NCBI GenBank assembly: GCA_046314755.1
Contig: JBKDBG010000105.1
Coordinates: 1 to 57,314 of the forward strand
Reading direction: 5' to 3'
Length of the DNA stretch: 57,314 nucleotides
DNA from: Bacteroidota bacterium
GTDB lineage: Bacteria; Bacteroidota; Bacteroidia; UKL13-3
Shown here: piece by piece, positions 21,069 through 31,654 of the stretch
Layout of the letters: each line of letters begins with the position of its first letter
Numbering within the stretch: the first letter of the stretch is position 1
Notes under the pieces: generated by a model
What the model saw: only the letters and a program-made list of their open reading frames with translations
What the model was told of the DNA's origin: nothing
The model's database searches: none
Program-made: the position numbers and the translations under genes

Positions 21069-22359
21069 CATAAAAATTGTTGCAGCCATATTGGTTTGTT
21101 TGTTTATTGCAGGTGCACATGCCCAGCAAAATTCAGGCTTAAGTTCACAGCGTAAAGCGCTGGAAATGCAACGGAAAGAGTTGGTTAAAAAAATACAGGA
21201 AACCAAAAAGGTACTGCAAGAAACCCAAAAGAAACAAAACAAAACCCTTGCTGATTTACAATTACTTTCTCGTCAAATTGAAAACCGTGAAAAGGTGATT
21301 AATACCGTTGCCGATGAAATTCTGACGATTGAAAAACAAATTTTTGAGCAACAAACCGTAGTCAATACGCTTCGTGATGATATGACCCGTTTAAAGGAAG
21401 ATTACGGGAAAAGTATTTTAGGCGCTTACAAACAACGTAATGTGTATGATAAGGCCTTGTTTATTTTATCGGCAAAGTCATTTAACCAAGCTTTAAAACG
21501 TGTGCAATACCTCAATCAACTTGGTGATTATCGTAAGCACCAAGCCGAATTGATTTTACACACGCAAAGTCAAATTATTGTGATTCTTAATAATCTTATT
21601 GCCAGCAAACGTGATAAACAAGGTTTAATTGTGATGAAAGAATCAGAGAAAAAGGAGCTGGAACAAGACAAAAAAGAAGAAAGTGCAGTGTTGGTTAAGT
21701 TGCAAGAAAAGGAAAAGGAATTACGCAGGGAATTGGCTGAAAATGAAAAAGCAGCACGTAAACTCAACGATGCCATTGGTGATTTGATTCGCAAAGAGGT
21801 GGAGTTGGCCAGACGTAAGGAAGAAGAAGAAAGAAAACGCCAACAAAACCGTTCGAACAACAACCCGAATGCATCTAAGCCAAACGAAAGCAACAAACAA
21901 AAAACTGCAAATGGCGGAATGTACCTCACTCCGGAAGCGCAGAAATTATCCGATGATTTTGAAAATAACCGCAACAATTTACCATGGCCGGTTGAGCGTG
22001 GCATAATTGCCGAAAAATTTGGAATGCATGCACATCCAACGCTTAAGGGTGTAATGGTAAATAACAATGGGGTTGATATTCAAACCGATCCCGGAACCAG
22101 CGTACGTTCGGTATTTAAAGGAACCGTAAAATCTATTTTCTCTATTCCGGGCATGGGCAAAATTGTACTCATCGCTCATGGAAAATATTATACCGCCTAT
22201 GCTAAATTAGGTTCAGTAAACGTTAAAGAAGGGCAACAGGTTGATACACGTCAGGTGATTGGTACCGTAATGACCAATGATGAGGCGGAAACCCATGTGC
22301 ATTTCGAAATTTGGAAAGTACAGGAAAAACAAAATCCTGAACTTTGGTTAAAAAACTAA
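21049..22359 (+). CDS. Murein hydrolase activator EnvC-like (coiled coil + degenerate M23 domain)
   Basis: Long coiled coil; LPWPVERG, NNGVDI (HxxxD degenerate), HGKYYTAYAKL, HFEIW, NPELWL. Confidence 0.88.
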   Translation: MKGLNHNIKIVAAILVCLFIAGAHAQQNSGLSSQRKALEMQRKELVKKIQETKKVLQETQKKQNKTLADLQLLSRQIENREKVINTVADEILTIEKQIFEQQTVVNTLRDDMTRLKEDYGKSILGAYKQRNVYDKALFILSAKSFNQALKRVQYLNQLGDYRKHQAELILHTQSQIIVILNNLIASKRDKQGLIVMKESEKKELEQDKKEESAVLVKLQEKEKELRRELAENEKAARKLNDAIGDLIRKEVELARRKEEEERKRQQNRSNNNPNASKPNESNKQKTANGGMYLTPEAQKLSDDFENNRNNLPWPVERGIIAEKFGMHAHPTLKGVMVNNNGVDIQTDPGTSVRSVFKGTVKSIFSIPGMGKIVLIAHGKYYTAYAKLGSVNVKEGQQVDTRQVIGTVMTNDEAETHVHFEIWKVQEKQNPELWLKN

Positions 22360-22383
22360 ATTCTGCATTGTATCTTTAACGGT

Positions 22384-23838
22384 ATGAAATTGCTCCGTTT
22401 ATTCAGTTGTTTGCTTCTGCTGCAGGTGCCTGTTTTTGCGCAAACGGTAGAATGGGGTAATCAGCAAAAATTCAGATCAAAAACAAACTATAGCCAAGTG
22501 CTTGGCGAAAACAGCAGCGGCTTGTTTGTTGCCCGTTCAAAGTTTAATGATTTCCGTTACGATATTTTGGTTGAAAAGTACAAATCAAACTTAGCTCTTG
22601 AAACCACCAAGGAACTTTTTCAGCCCAATGGGTCAAAGCTGGAGCGATTGATTGTAACTGAAAGTGGATTAAACGAATTTGTATCACAAAAGAACGCCAC
22701 AACCGGTAAATACGATTTGGTGATTACCTTAATTGATAATGCCTTAAATCACGGAACGCCAACGGTACTGCTTTCATATGATCCTGCAGCCTTAGGTGCT
22801 GAAGAGAAAATACTTATCAGGCCATCATCAGATAAAAAAGTATATGCGGTTACTTACGTAACTCAAGGTGCTGAAAAAGGAAAAAGCATTTTGCATTTGT
22901 ACACCTTTGATGCCTCATTCAAGCCCATGTATAACCGTAGGTTCGGTCTTCCATCAGGATTTAATGAAGTGGTATTGATTAACGCTGAAGTAGATAATAA
23001 AGGCAACGCTTTTATTTTATTAGATCAACCCAAACCCAATACAAAAAAAGAAGTGCGCAAGGTGTTGTTGTATGGCTACTACCAACAAACCGATCAAATG
23101 TTGGAGTATGAAATAAGCAATGATTCTTTGTTTGTGAATGAGGCTGCTTTGGTTGTGAATAATTTAAATAAAAAGGTAAATGTTGCCGGCTTTTATTCCG
23201 ATAAAAACGATGACCGCTGTTTAGGTTCTTTATTTTATAAAATTGATATCGAATCCACTCAGGTTGATACCTTCACCGTTGATGTATTTGATATTGGATT
23301 TATCAGTAAATCAACCAATACCATTACTTCAGGGCAACCTGTTTTATCTGATTTATACATCAGAAAATTATTGCCGAACAATGAGGGTGGAGTAACCATT
23401 ATTGCAGAGAAGTATTACGAAACCAAACAAACCTACACCTATAATTTAAATGGTTTTCCGCAAACCGGTTATCGCTCGGTATTTCATTATGACGAAATTA
23501 TTTTAGTAACAAAAAACGGAAATGGAACCACACGCAACAAACAGGCTATTAAAAAGAGCCAAACCAGTATGAGCGATGGTGGATACTACTCATCGTTTGT
23601 GATTGCAACGGCTAATGATAAAATAGCTCTGGTGTATAATGAAGATGTAACTGATGAAGGCGATGTGATTATGGCCACTTATAGCAACAAAGGAGGGTTG
23701 GAAAGTAAAGTGTTGATCAAGGCCATGAGTTATTATGTAAGTATAATGCCTTTCGAATCGAAGCAGGTAAATGCATCCTCCATTATTATTCCTACTTTAA
23801 AAGACAAGCGATTTTGTTTAATGCGCCTTACATTCTAA
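22384..23838 (+). CDS. Hypothetical exported protein
   Basis: 484-aa ORF with signal peptide, beta-rich; no function recognised. Confidence 0.75.
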   Translation: MKLLRLFSCLLLLQVPVFAQTVEWGNQQKFRSKTNYSQVLGENSSGLFVARSKFNDFRYDILVEKYKSNLALETTKELFQPNGSKLERLIVTESGLNEFVSQKNATTGKYDLVITLIDNALNHGTPTVLLSYDPAALGAEEKILIRPSSDKKVYAVTYVTQGAEKGKSILHLYTFDASFKPMYNRRFGLPSGFNEVVLINAEVDNKGNAFILLDQPKPNTKKEVRKVLLYGYYQQTDQMLEYEISNDSLFVNEAALVVNNLNKKVNVAGFYSDKNDDRCLGSLFYKIDIESTQVDTFTVDVFDIGFISKSTNTITSGQPVLSDLYIRKLLPNNEGGVTIIAEKYYETKQTYTYNLNGFPQTGYRSVFHYDEIILVTKNGNGTTRNKQAIKKSQTSMSDGGYYSSFVIATANDKIALVYNEDVTDEGDVIMATYSNKGGLESKVLIKAMSYYVSIMPFESKQVNASSIIIPTLKDKRFCLMRLTF

Positions 23839-23894
23839 AAAACAGGCATAATTTTACAAGTGAAAAAAGTTATTTTGCACATCAAAATACAATT

Positions 23895-24875
23895 GTGCTA
23901 AACCTATTCAGAAGACCTTCGCTGTTGGCCGGAATAATGCTGTTTATTATCGCATTGTTGTTGCGCACGCCTGCATTTCTGCATTTAGCAAAATATGAGT
24001 TTATACAAACGGCCCCATTTGCCAGGTTGTTTTTTGGCTATTGGTCGGCCTTACCGAATATCTTTTTCTGGTCGCTGATGTTTAACGGGATCCTGCTTTT
24101 TTTACAAGCCATGTTCTTAAACTACATTGTAAATTCACAAGGTATTCTGTATAAAAATACATTTTTACCGGGGTTGGTATTTTTAATCATTAACAGTTTC
24201 TTTCTGCAACAAAATGAGCTTACTCCGCACCTCATTTCAAACACATTTTTGCTGTTGCTTTTTCAGCGTTTATGTTATTTGTATGAATCGCCAAACCCTT
24301 TATTGGTTGTGCTTGACGCGGGATTGTATTTAGGCGTTGGCGTATTGTTTAATTACGACTTGTTGGTTTTCTTGCCCTTTATTTTGATCAGCGTGGTTCT
24401 CATCAGGTCATTTAATATTCGCTACCTGATTATTTCTATTATCGGGTTGTTTTTACCCTTGTATTTTACGGGAGTTTATTTTTATACAACCGATCGATTT
24501 GCTGAATTGTGGTTGTATATCATACAAAGTTTTGAAACCAAAAATTTAATGGTAAATGAATCAGACTCAAGCAGGCTTGCTCCTTGGGCAATTGTGGTTC
24601 CGATTATTGCTGTTGCTGTGTTTAATTTGCAACAGAACTTTTTCCGAAACAAAGTAAAAACCAGAAGGATTATTCAAATGGTTTATTTGTTTTTACCTAT
24701 TGGATTTGCTTCTGTGTTTTTAGATAATAACAACTACATGTATTCCATTATTTATGGATCAGTTCCAATTTCAATACTTATTGGTTATTATTTTATCAGC
24801 GAACGTAGGTTTTGGTTAAAAGAAGTGTTGTTCCTAACGCTTCTCTTCATGTGCTTCTTCTTTCAGTTGCGTTAA
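23895..24875 (+). CDS. Polytopic membrane protein (DUF6427-like)
   Basis: About 10 hydrophobic segments; start taken at GTG 23895. Family assignment tentative. Confidence 0.7.
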   Translation: MLNLFRRPSLLAGIMLFIIALLLRTPAFLHLAKYEFIQTAPFARLFFGYWSALPNIFFWSLMFNGILLFLQAMFLNYIVNSQGILYKNTFLPGLVFLIINSFFLQQNELTPHLISNTFLLLLFQRLCYLYESPNPLLVVLDAGLYLGVGVLFNYDLLVFLPFILISVVLIRSFNIRYLIISIIGLFLPLYFTGVYFYTTDRFAELWLYIIQSFETKNLMVNESDSSRLAPWAIVVPIIAVAVFNLQQNFFRNKVKTRRIIQMVYLFLPIGFASVFLDNNNYMYSIIYGSVPISILIGYYFISERRFWLKEVLFLTLLFMCFFFQLR

Positions 24876-25612
24876 ATCCCCAAAACACCTTTTAGCCTGC
24901 CATAACCCGTTTTGCTCAATGGAATTTTGGCTCCGGTTTTTAACAATGCCACATGTGAATCACGGTCGGGATGTTCAATTTTGGTGAGCTGATCTAATTT
25001 GATGATATACGAACGATGCACGCGAACAAACTCTTTGGGATCTAAACTTTCTTCAAAACTGCTCATGGTTCGTTTCTTCAAAAACAAACCGTCAGCCGTG
25101 TGAATTTTAACATAATCATCATAAGCTTCCAAATACAATATTTCGTGCACCGGAATTATACGTATTTGGTTATGCGACTTCACCACTACACGACTGTTTT
25201 CATCGGCATTTCTTGTACGCGTATCTAATATTTGTTGGGTTCGTTCATTGTTTTGTTGTAGGTTGTGTTGTTGCCACTTGGAAAAGGCTTGGTCAAATCT
25301 TTCTTTGCTAAACGGTTTTAATAAGTAGTCAATCGCATTGTTGTCAAATGCTTTCATGGCATACTCATCAAATGCAGTTGTAAAAATAACTGCAGGTTTT
25401 TGCTCAATTAATTCAAGCATTTCAAACCCGTTTATCTTCGGCATTTGTATGTCTAAAAAAATCAAATCAGGCTGGTGTTGCATAATGGCCTTTACGCCTT
25501 CAAAACCATCATTGCATTCTTGCAATACCGTTACTTCAGGATATTGTTGCAAGTATTCCAATACGATAGACCGTGCTAAAGGTTCATCATCAATAATTAC
25601 ACATTTAATCAT
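24872..25612 (-). CDS. LytR/AlgR (LytTR) response regulator
   Basis: IIDDEPLAR, FLDIQMP, FTTAFDEYA, DYLLKP; LytTR domain FVRVHRSYII. Confidence 0.95.
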   Translation of the reverse strand: MIKCVIIDDEPLARSIVLEYLQQYPEVTVLQECNDGFEGVKAIMQHQPDLIFLDIQMPKINGFEMLELIEQKPAVIFTTAFDEYAMKAFDNNAIDYLLKPFSKERFDQAFSKWQQHNLQQNNERTQQILDTRTRNADENSRVVVKSHNQIRIIPVHEILYLEAYDDYVKIHTADGLFLKKRTMSSFEESLDPKEFVRVHRSYIIKLDQLTKIEHPDRDSHVALLKTGAKIPLSKTGYGRLKGVLGI

Positions 25613-26649
25613 ATTTGCCGGGGTATTTTTACAAGCGTGGTAAATAAGTTGTTTTCATGTTTGGTTACCAACAAATCATTTCTTGCATACAATAAATACA
25701 ATCGTCTTTGTACACTGCTTAACCCAAATCCTGCACCTTTTTTAGGGGTTGATGTTTTTGGATCAAAAGGATTGGTAATGGTTACTTGTAAATAATCATC
25801 AGTTTTTTTACAAGTAACATCAATGCTCACTTCTCCCGATACATCATACAAACCAAACTTAATGGCATTCTCAACCAATGGTTGCAGAATTAAAGGCGGA
25901 ATTAAACAAGTATTGGCTTCTTCGTCTGTGTTAATTTCTGTACTTAGTCGATGTCCAAATCGAACTTTTTCAATATCAAGATACAATTGCAAATGATGCA
26001 ACTCTTGCGATAGCGGATAAGGTTGGTGGTCCTCTTTTTTAAGTGTGCCTCTTAAGAATGCACTGAGTTGATGAATCATTTTTCTGGCCTCTTCGGGTCG
26101 GCTGCCTACCAAAGCACTGATGCTGTTTAAGCTGTTAAATAAAAAATGCGGTTGAAGTTGTTGACGTAAACTTACCAACTCAGCTTCTTTGGCCAAGTTT
26201 TCGGTATCAATTACTTGTTGTTGTTTGCTTTGTTCATCCTGAAAATACAACCACATAAAAATAAAAGCAGTAAGCAATGCCAAATTTAACAAGTTAAACG
26301 CAGCTCTAATGGGTGCCGATAGTTCAATAAAAGCTAAGTATTCCGTATCGTCAGGATGTAAAGCGCGCATAATGGCGTTAAACAACATGGTAACCATAAT
26401 GGTTAGAAGCATGGCCCAAACCCTTGGATAAAGCGCATTTTCACGTGCAGGTTTGTAGTGCCTTAAAATATTATACGTACTTATTCCGGCCAATAAAATT
26501 AATCCGCTGGTGAGCAAAGCATCAAAAATGGCATGTGTTAAATCAAGCCCGTAATGGCTTAAGATAAAGGTTTGAAGTATGGTCCAAAAAACCCCTATTG
26601 CAATGTAATTGGTAACAAAGCGGTTAAATGTAAAATCTTGTAGTCCCAA
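25609..26649 (-). CDS. LytS-type sensor histidine kinase
   Basis: N-terminal TMs; LRQQLQPHFLFNSLN, YLDIEKVRF, LQPLVENAIK, GFGLSSV. Confidence 0.93.
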   Translation of the reverse strand: MGLQDFTFNRFVTNYIAIGVFWTILQTFILSHYGLDLTHAIFDALLTSGLILLAGISTYNILRHYKPARENALYPRVWAMLLTIMVTMLFNAIMRALHPDDTEYLAFIELSAPIRAAFNLLNLALLTAFIFMWLYFQDEQSKQQQVIDTENLAKEAELVSLRQQLQPHFLFNSLNSISALVGSRPEEARKMIHQLSAFLRGTLKKEDHQPYPLSQELHHLQLYLDIEKVRFGHRLSTEINTDEEANTCLIPPLILQPLVENAIKFGLYDVSGEVSIDVTCKKTDDYLQVTITNPFDPKTSTPKKGAGFGLSSVQRRLYLLYARNDLLVTKHENNLFTTLVKIPRQI

Positions 26650-26651
26650 AA

Positions 26652-27011
26652 CTAAGCTGATACAAGTTGGTGTTCGGTTTGTTGGGCAATAATTTCTGCA
26701 CGATGGTGTACAAATCGCACGAAGGTTTCTGCATCATCCATTTCAAACAAGCGGGAGTAAATTTCTGCCCCGTCTTTTAATGGTGGCATTTCCTTTAAAT
26801 CACCAATATCTACAAATTGCCACTTAACAGCATTTAAATCTTCTGTTACAAAAGCGTCCTCTTCTCTACCTCCAATAAGCCGTGCTTTTAAAAATGCTTC
26901 ATTTAAATTTCTTGCTTCAATAAGCCGCAGTTGTTCATCAAATTGTGGTGTATGATTTCCGTTTCCGGTAACCACACTAAACACAAGTTTAGCGATATAC
27001 CATTTCTTCAT
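26652..27011 (-). CDS. DUF4288-like protein
   Basis: WYIAKL...EQLRLIEA...EA..KA...G...V.WQFV.I...DGAEIYS pattern. Confidence 0.75.
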   Translation of the reverse strand: MKKWYIAKLVFSVVTGNGNHTPQFDEQLRLIEARNLNEAFLKARLIGGREEDAFVTEDLNAVKWQFVDIGDLKEMPPLKDGAEIYSRLFEMDDAETFVRFVHHRAEIIAQQTEHQLVSA

Positions 27012-27025
27012 AGGTTTGATTTGGG

Positions 27026-27772
27026 TTAAGTTGTTGAGTAGCTTTTTATATCAATGCCTCCAAAAATTGTTACGCCTTTAAGCACTAATATTTTGTTGGT
27101 TGTTTTTTCATGTGTGGTCATGTTACGCTTGTCTTCAATCCCGCCAAGTATGGCCACATTCTCCGATTGAATCTCCCAATTAGAGGGCACAATCAGTAAT
27201 GTTCCGCCAAAAATTTGCGTGATTTCTAAAATTACTTTTCCTTCAAAATCTGCCTGGCTTAAATTAATTTCAGCCCCACCAAAAATACAGGTTACTTCTC
27301 CGCCTTTAAACTCCTTTGTAATAACACTCTTTTTTATTCCACCCATGATGGAAACGGCATCAAGCATGTTTTCTACTGATTCTTCCACATTGTTGCTTCT
27401 GCACCTTGATTTCCACTCTTTCCAACGCTCTTTTCTTTTTCCGGCAGTGCTAATCATAATCAATCCAAACAAAATGATTAATGCAGGCCACAAGTAGTTT
27501 TCTAAATTTGTTTCAGGATAAACATCATCGATCAATAATACACCGCCAATAACCAACAATACCAACCAACCATTGTGTTTAAAGTTGTGTTTGATGCCTA
27601 AGTAAATTCCGATTAAGATGATGGCAACTTCCCAAGTAAAAAGCCATTCGGGAAAAGACATGCCCAATTGTTTTAATAGCAATACAACCCCAACGGCCAC
27701 AATCAGCACCCCGCTAAAAACACGTCCTTTTGTGCTGTGCATGTTTTCCCACTTGTCTTTTGGTTGATTCAT
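27026..27772 (-). CDS. LiaF-like cell-envelope stress membrane protein
   Basis: Four N-terminal TMs then FKGGEVTCIFGGAEINL, IFGG..LIVPSNW, FGGIDIKS; ATG 27772. Confidence 0.85.
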   Translation of the reverse strand: MNQPKDKWENMHSTKGRVFSGVLIVAVGVVLLLKQLGMSFPEWLFTWEVAIILIGIYLGIKHNFKHNGWLVLLVIGGVLLIDDVYPETNLENYLWPALIILFGLIMISTAGKRKERWKEWKSRCRSNNVEESVENMLDAVSIMGGIKKSVITKEFKGGEVTCIFGGAEINLSQADFEGKVILEITQIFGGTLLIVPSNWEIQSENVAILGGIEDKRNMTTHEKTTNKILVLKGVTIFGGIDIKSYSTT

Positions 27773-27790
27773 AATGATGAAATGAGCAAA

Positions 27791-27798
27791 CAAAAATA
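27791..27798 (-). promoter_or_regulatory. -7 promoter box (TATTTTTG) of the LiaF-like/LytST operon
   Basis: TAnnTTTG upstream of ATG 27772. Confidence 0.5.
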
Positions 27799-28029
27799 AG
27801 TTGTTTCTCAATAGCCTAAATATTTATTTAGACGGTTAGGAGATTAAAATAGGTGAAAATTTGTTTGCTGTCGGTAAACGCACAATGGCAACTAATATAT
27901 ACTCGGCAGTTACTTTTGGTAATAGAAACAATTAGAATAATTTTTACCGATTATTAATTAGGTCTAATTATAAACCCCCAAGCTTCATTATAATTGTTGG
28001 TATCTAATTAAATGGCTAAGTTTGATGCC

Positions 28030-28431
28030 ATGAATTTGCACGATATCCATATCACAGAAACCTTTCATACCGCGGCACTTGATATTTACACCATTTTATT
28101 GGATGAACGAAAACATGGCTCTTTTACGGGAGATTTCGTACAGATTACCGACAAGGAAGGTGAACACTTTAGTTTAAAGGATGGTGAAATAACAGGAAAA
28201 AATGTAGTGCTGGAAAGAGGTAAAAAAATTATTTGGTCGGTTATCCTTAATCATGCAGATTGGCCTAAAAATCATGTGAGTGAAGTAGCTATTATTTTGC
28301 AAGCACATACTGCGAATGAAACGAAATTAGACTTGTATCATACGGCAATACCTGAGCAATTCATAAACCAATTTAAGGTATTGTGGCAAGAATCGTATGC
28401 AGAGGCACTCCACTTTTATTTGGAGCGTTGA
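28030..28431 (+). CDS. SRPBCC/AHSA1 (START-like) domain protein
   Basis: IY..LLD..H..FTG...G..FSL.DG.ITG.NV.LE.GKKI..W...T.L.LYH..IP; ATG 28030 follows TAAGTTTG box at 28017-28024. Confidence 0.8.
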   Translation: MNLHDIHITETFHTAALDIYTILLDERKHGSFTGDFVQITDKEGEHFSLKDGEITGKNVVLERGKKIIWSVILNHADWPKNHVSEVAIILQAHTANETKLDLYHTAIPEQFINQFKVLWQESYAEALHFYLER

Positions 28432-29208
28432 TTAATTTTTACGTGCAATCACAAAAATATCCCAAGTAGCATCAGGATGTTCTTTGGTTAGAAAAAAATC
28501 TTTAGTGGTGATGGCAAGTGTATCTATGTTTTGTTCTTTTAAATTTTTACGCATAATGGTAGTTAAAAAATTATACGGAGCCACCAGCCATGATGCCGGA
28601 ATCAATTTGTGTAGTCCTAATGGATCAAGACGTAAAATTTTCTTTGCCCACTTGGCATTGTCTTCGTAATATTTATTTACACGTGCACTGCCTTGCACTC
28701 CTTGTAATTCAAATTGCTCAAACACACTTCCTATTTCCTTTTTCATTTCATCAAAGGTGTATTCGTGCACATGAAACGGATTGCGTGCAATGCTCATTTT
28801 AATATTCGGGGTTGAGCATAAAAATACCCCACCCGGTTTTAACACACGATGTACTTCTTTAATAAATCCCAATCGGTCATGTATGTGCTCTATAAATTGA
28901 AAAGCTGTAAGCACTTCTATACTTTCACTTTCTAGAGGAATTGGAGGAACCGATCCTGATTTAAAGGTTAGGTTGATTTTGTCAGCATGTTTTTTACGGG
29001 CTTCAGCAACCGTTTCTTCGCTGTAATCAACACCTACGGTTGCTTGTGTAAAATCAGCCAAGTATTGTGTTCCGTATCCATCTGCACAACCAATATCAGC
29101 GGTTACTTTGCCTTGTACAAAATCCTTTGCAAATTCATACGCAAAAAAACAACGTTGTACGGTAACGTTATTGCTATCTTCAAAACTGGGTCTTTCTCTG
29201 TCAGCCAT
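28432..29208 (-). CDS. Class I SAM-dependent methyltransferase (type 11-like)
   Basis: DIGCADGYG, VGVDYS, FQFIEHI, RVLKPGG, STPN, NPFHVHEY. Confidence 0.9.
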   Translation of the reverse strand: MADRERPSFEDSNNVTVQRCFFAYEFAKDFVQGKVTADIGCADGYGTQYLADFTQATVGVDYSEETVAEARKKHADKINLTFKSGSVPPIPLESESIEVLTAFQFIEHIHDRLGFIKEVHRVLKPGGVFLCSTPNIKMSIARNPFHVHEYTFDEMKKEIGSVFEQFELQGVQGSARVNKYYEDNAKWAKKILRLDPLGLHKLIPASWLVAPYNFLTTIMRKNLKEQNIDTLAITTKDFFLTKEHPDATWDIFVIARKN

Positions 29209-29309
29209 ATAATATTGCGGTTATTTGTTGGGTAGTTTGGTAACCAAACATTTGTTTAACCATGTGGTGGCGAAATTAATCAAATAACTAAATTGCCCTA
29301 AAATTATTT

Positions 29310-29975
29310 GTGATGGATTTTAAAGCATTGCTCAGTTTTTTAAAAAACTTAAGTAAAAACAACAATAAAGCCTGGTTTGATACGCATAAAAAAGAGTACG
29401 ATACATTGCGTAAGCAGTGGGTTGAATTTGTAGCTCAAACCATTGAACAAACGGGCAATTTTGATCAAGATATCGCTATGTTGGAGCCTAAAAATTGCAT
29501 ATTTCGCATCAATAGGGATGTGCGCTTTAGCAATGATAAATCGCCTTATAAAAACAATTTTGGCATGAGCCTAAGCAAAGGGGGTAAAAAGGCGGAGTTT
29601 TGCGGATATTATTTACATGTGCAACCCGGTGCCTGTTTTTTAGCGGGTGGAGCTTACATGCCAATGCCGGATAAATTGGCTGCCATCAGGCAGGAAATTG
29701 ATTATAACCTGGACGAGTTTCTTGCCATTATCAACCATAAAAGTTTCAAGAAACATTTCGGTAGTTTAAGTGGCGAAAAGTTACAACGACCGCCAAAAGG
29801 TTATGATACGGATAATCCCGCAATAGCGCTTATCAAGCATAAAAGTTTTTTAGCAGAGTATAAAATTATCGATCAGGATTTGTTGGATGAAGATTTTCCC
29901 CAAAAGATGATGGAAGTGTTTAAAGCCATGCAGCCCTTAAATGAGTTTTTAAACCGAGCCATTAGCGAGGTTTAA
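29310..29975 (+). CDS. DUF2461 (TIGR02453) family protein
   Basis: [40 protein letters not shown]. Confidence 0.9.
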   Translation: MMDFKALLSFLKNLSKNNNKAWFDTHKKEYDTLRKQWVEFVAQTIEQTGNFDQDIAMLEPKNCIFRINRDVRFSNDKSPYKNNFGMSLSKGGKKAEFCGYYLHVQPGACFLAGGAYMPMPDKLAAIRQEIDYNLDEFLAIINHKSFKKHFGSLSGEKLQRPPKGYDTDNPAIALIKHKSFLAEYKIIDQDLLDEDFPQKMMEVFKAMQPLNEFLNRAISEV

Positions 29976-31564
29976 TCTTTAAACTCCGAGGTAAAGTGGA
30001 AGGTGATTTTAGGAAACGTATCTTGGGTCATTTTTAAACTCCAAACGCTATCGGCAAAAAACACAGCCCTACCGTCTTTGTCTTCAGCAATATTGTATCG
30101 TTTAATGGTATTAAATCGTTCAAGCTCGGTTTTGTCATCACAAGTGTACCAACATGCTTTTTGATAACTAAGTGGTGTAAACGCACATTTTGCTCCATAC
30201 TCGTGCAATAAGCGGAATTGAATTACATCAAATTGAAGTTCACCAACAGTACCAATAATGCGTACGTTACCCGGTTGTTGTGTAAACAATTGTGCCACGC
30301 CCTCATCTGTTAATTGTAAAATGCCTTGTTCAAGTTGTTTAGTTTTTAAAGGATCTTTGTTTTCAAGCACTTTAAAAATTTCGGGTGAAAAACTTGGTAT
30401 TCCTTTTAACTTGATCTTTTCTCCTTCGGTAAGCGTATCGCCAATTTTAAAATTGCCACTGTCATACAAACCAACCACATCGCCCGGATATGCTTCATCA
30501 ATCACGCTTTTATCATTGGCCATAAAACTGGTAGGATTGCTAAAGCGCAATTTTTTATCTAATCGCACATGATGGTAAAATTTATTACGCTCAAATGTAC
30601 CTGATACAATTCGGCAAAAAGCAATTCGGTCTCTATGGTTAGGGTCAAGGTTGGCGTGAATTTTAAAGATGAATCCGGTAAATCCTTTCTCACTCGGTAA
30701 CACTTCTCTGCTTTCAGTAAATCGGCTTCTTGGTTCCGGTGCAATCTCAACAAACGTATCCAACAATTCTCTTACACCAAAGTTATTTACTGCACTGCCA
30801 AAAAACACAGGCGCAAGATAACCTTCCAAGTAAAGTTCATTGCTGAAAGGTTCATAAACACCTTCAATTAATTCAGCATCTTCACGCAATTTTGCTGCAA
30901 ATTTTTCACCAATAATTTCATCTACTTCATTTGAGTTTAAATCACTAATGGCAATTATTTCTTTGGCAATTTTTGTTTTGTCGGGTTGAAAAAGATTCAA
31001 GCTTTTTTCATACAAATTGTAAACGCCTTTAAAATCTTTTCCACTTCCAATAGGCCAGGTTAAGGGCCTGGTATGAATGTTTAATTCTTTCTCAATTTCT
31101 TCTAATAAATCATATGGATCTTGCCCTTCACGATCGAGTTTGTTAATGAAAACAATAACGGGTGTGTTTCTCATGCGGCACACTTCCATTAGTTTTCTGG
31201 TTTGGTCCTCTACGCCCTTTACACTGTCAACAACAAGAATTACACTATCTACTGCGGTCAAGGTGCGGTATGTATCTTCAGCAAAATCCTTGTGTCCGGG
31301 AGTATCGAGGATATTGATTTTATAATTCTTGTAATCAAACCCCATAACCGAAGTGGCCACCGAAATTCCACGCTGTTTTTCAATTTCCATAAAATCGGAG
31401 GTGGCCGCTTTTTTTATACGATTACTTTTTACAGCACCTGCCGTTTGAATAGCACCACCGAATAACAATAACTTTTCCGTTAATGTGGTTTTACCCGCAT
31501 CGGGATGGGAAATGATACCAAACGTTCGTCTTTTTTGTGTTTCGGATGCTGAAGCAGTACTCAT
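29972..31564 (-). CDS. prfC: Peptide chain release factor 3
   Basis: [56 protein letters not shown]; ATG 31564. Confidence 0.98.
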   Translation of the reverse strand: MSTASASETQKRRTFGIISHPDAGKTTLTEKLLLFGGAIQTAGAVKSNRIKKAATSDFMEIEKQRGISVATSVMGFDYKNYKINILDTPGHKDFAEDTYRTLTAVDSVILVVDSVKGVEDQTRKLMEVCRMRNTPVIVFINKLDREGQDPYDLLEEIEKELNIHTRPLTWPIGSGKDFKGVYNLYEKSLNLFQPDKTKIAKEIIAISDLNSNEVDEIIGEKFAAKLREDAELIEGVYEPFSNELYLEGYLAPVFFGSAVNNFGVRELLDTFVEIAPEPRSRFTESREVLPSEKGFTGFIFKIHANLDPNHRDRIAFCRIVSGTFERNKFYHHVRLDKKLRFSNPTSFMANDKSVIDEAYPGDVVGLYDSGNFKIGDTLTEGEKIKLKGIPSFSPEIFKVLENKDPLKTKQLEQGILQLTDEGVAQLFTQQPGNVRIIGTVGELQFDVIQFRLLHEYGAKCAFTPLSYQKACWYTCDDKTELERFNTIKRYNIAEDKDGRAVFFADSVWSLKMTQDTFPKITFHFTSEFKD

Positions 31565-31582
31565 ATTACTATTTAAAGGCCG

Positions 31583-31590
31583 CAAAGATA
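31583..31590 (-). promoter_or_regulatory. -7 promoter box (TATCTTTG) for prfC
   Basis: Exact TAnnTTTG just downstream of the sucA terminator. Confidence 0.6.
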
Positions 31591-31605
31591 CATGCAATAA
31601 GCCCA

Positions 31606-31639
31606 TAAAAAAAGCCTGCAGATTTGCAGGCTTTTTTTA
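31606..31639. terminator. Intrinsic terminator after sucA (symmetric)
   Basis: A7-GCCTGCA-gatt-TGCAGGC-T7. Confidence 0.85.
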
Positions 31640-31654
31640 CTTATGCATTGCGAA

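Noticed and set aside
15568-22359. Flippase-dut-nucleotidyltransferase-TPR-DUF4292-M23 run as a novel system
   Set aside because: This gene order is a familiar conserved Bacteroidota operon.
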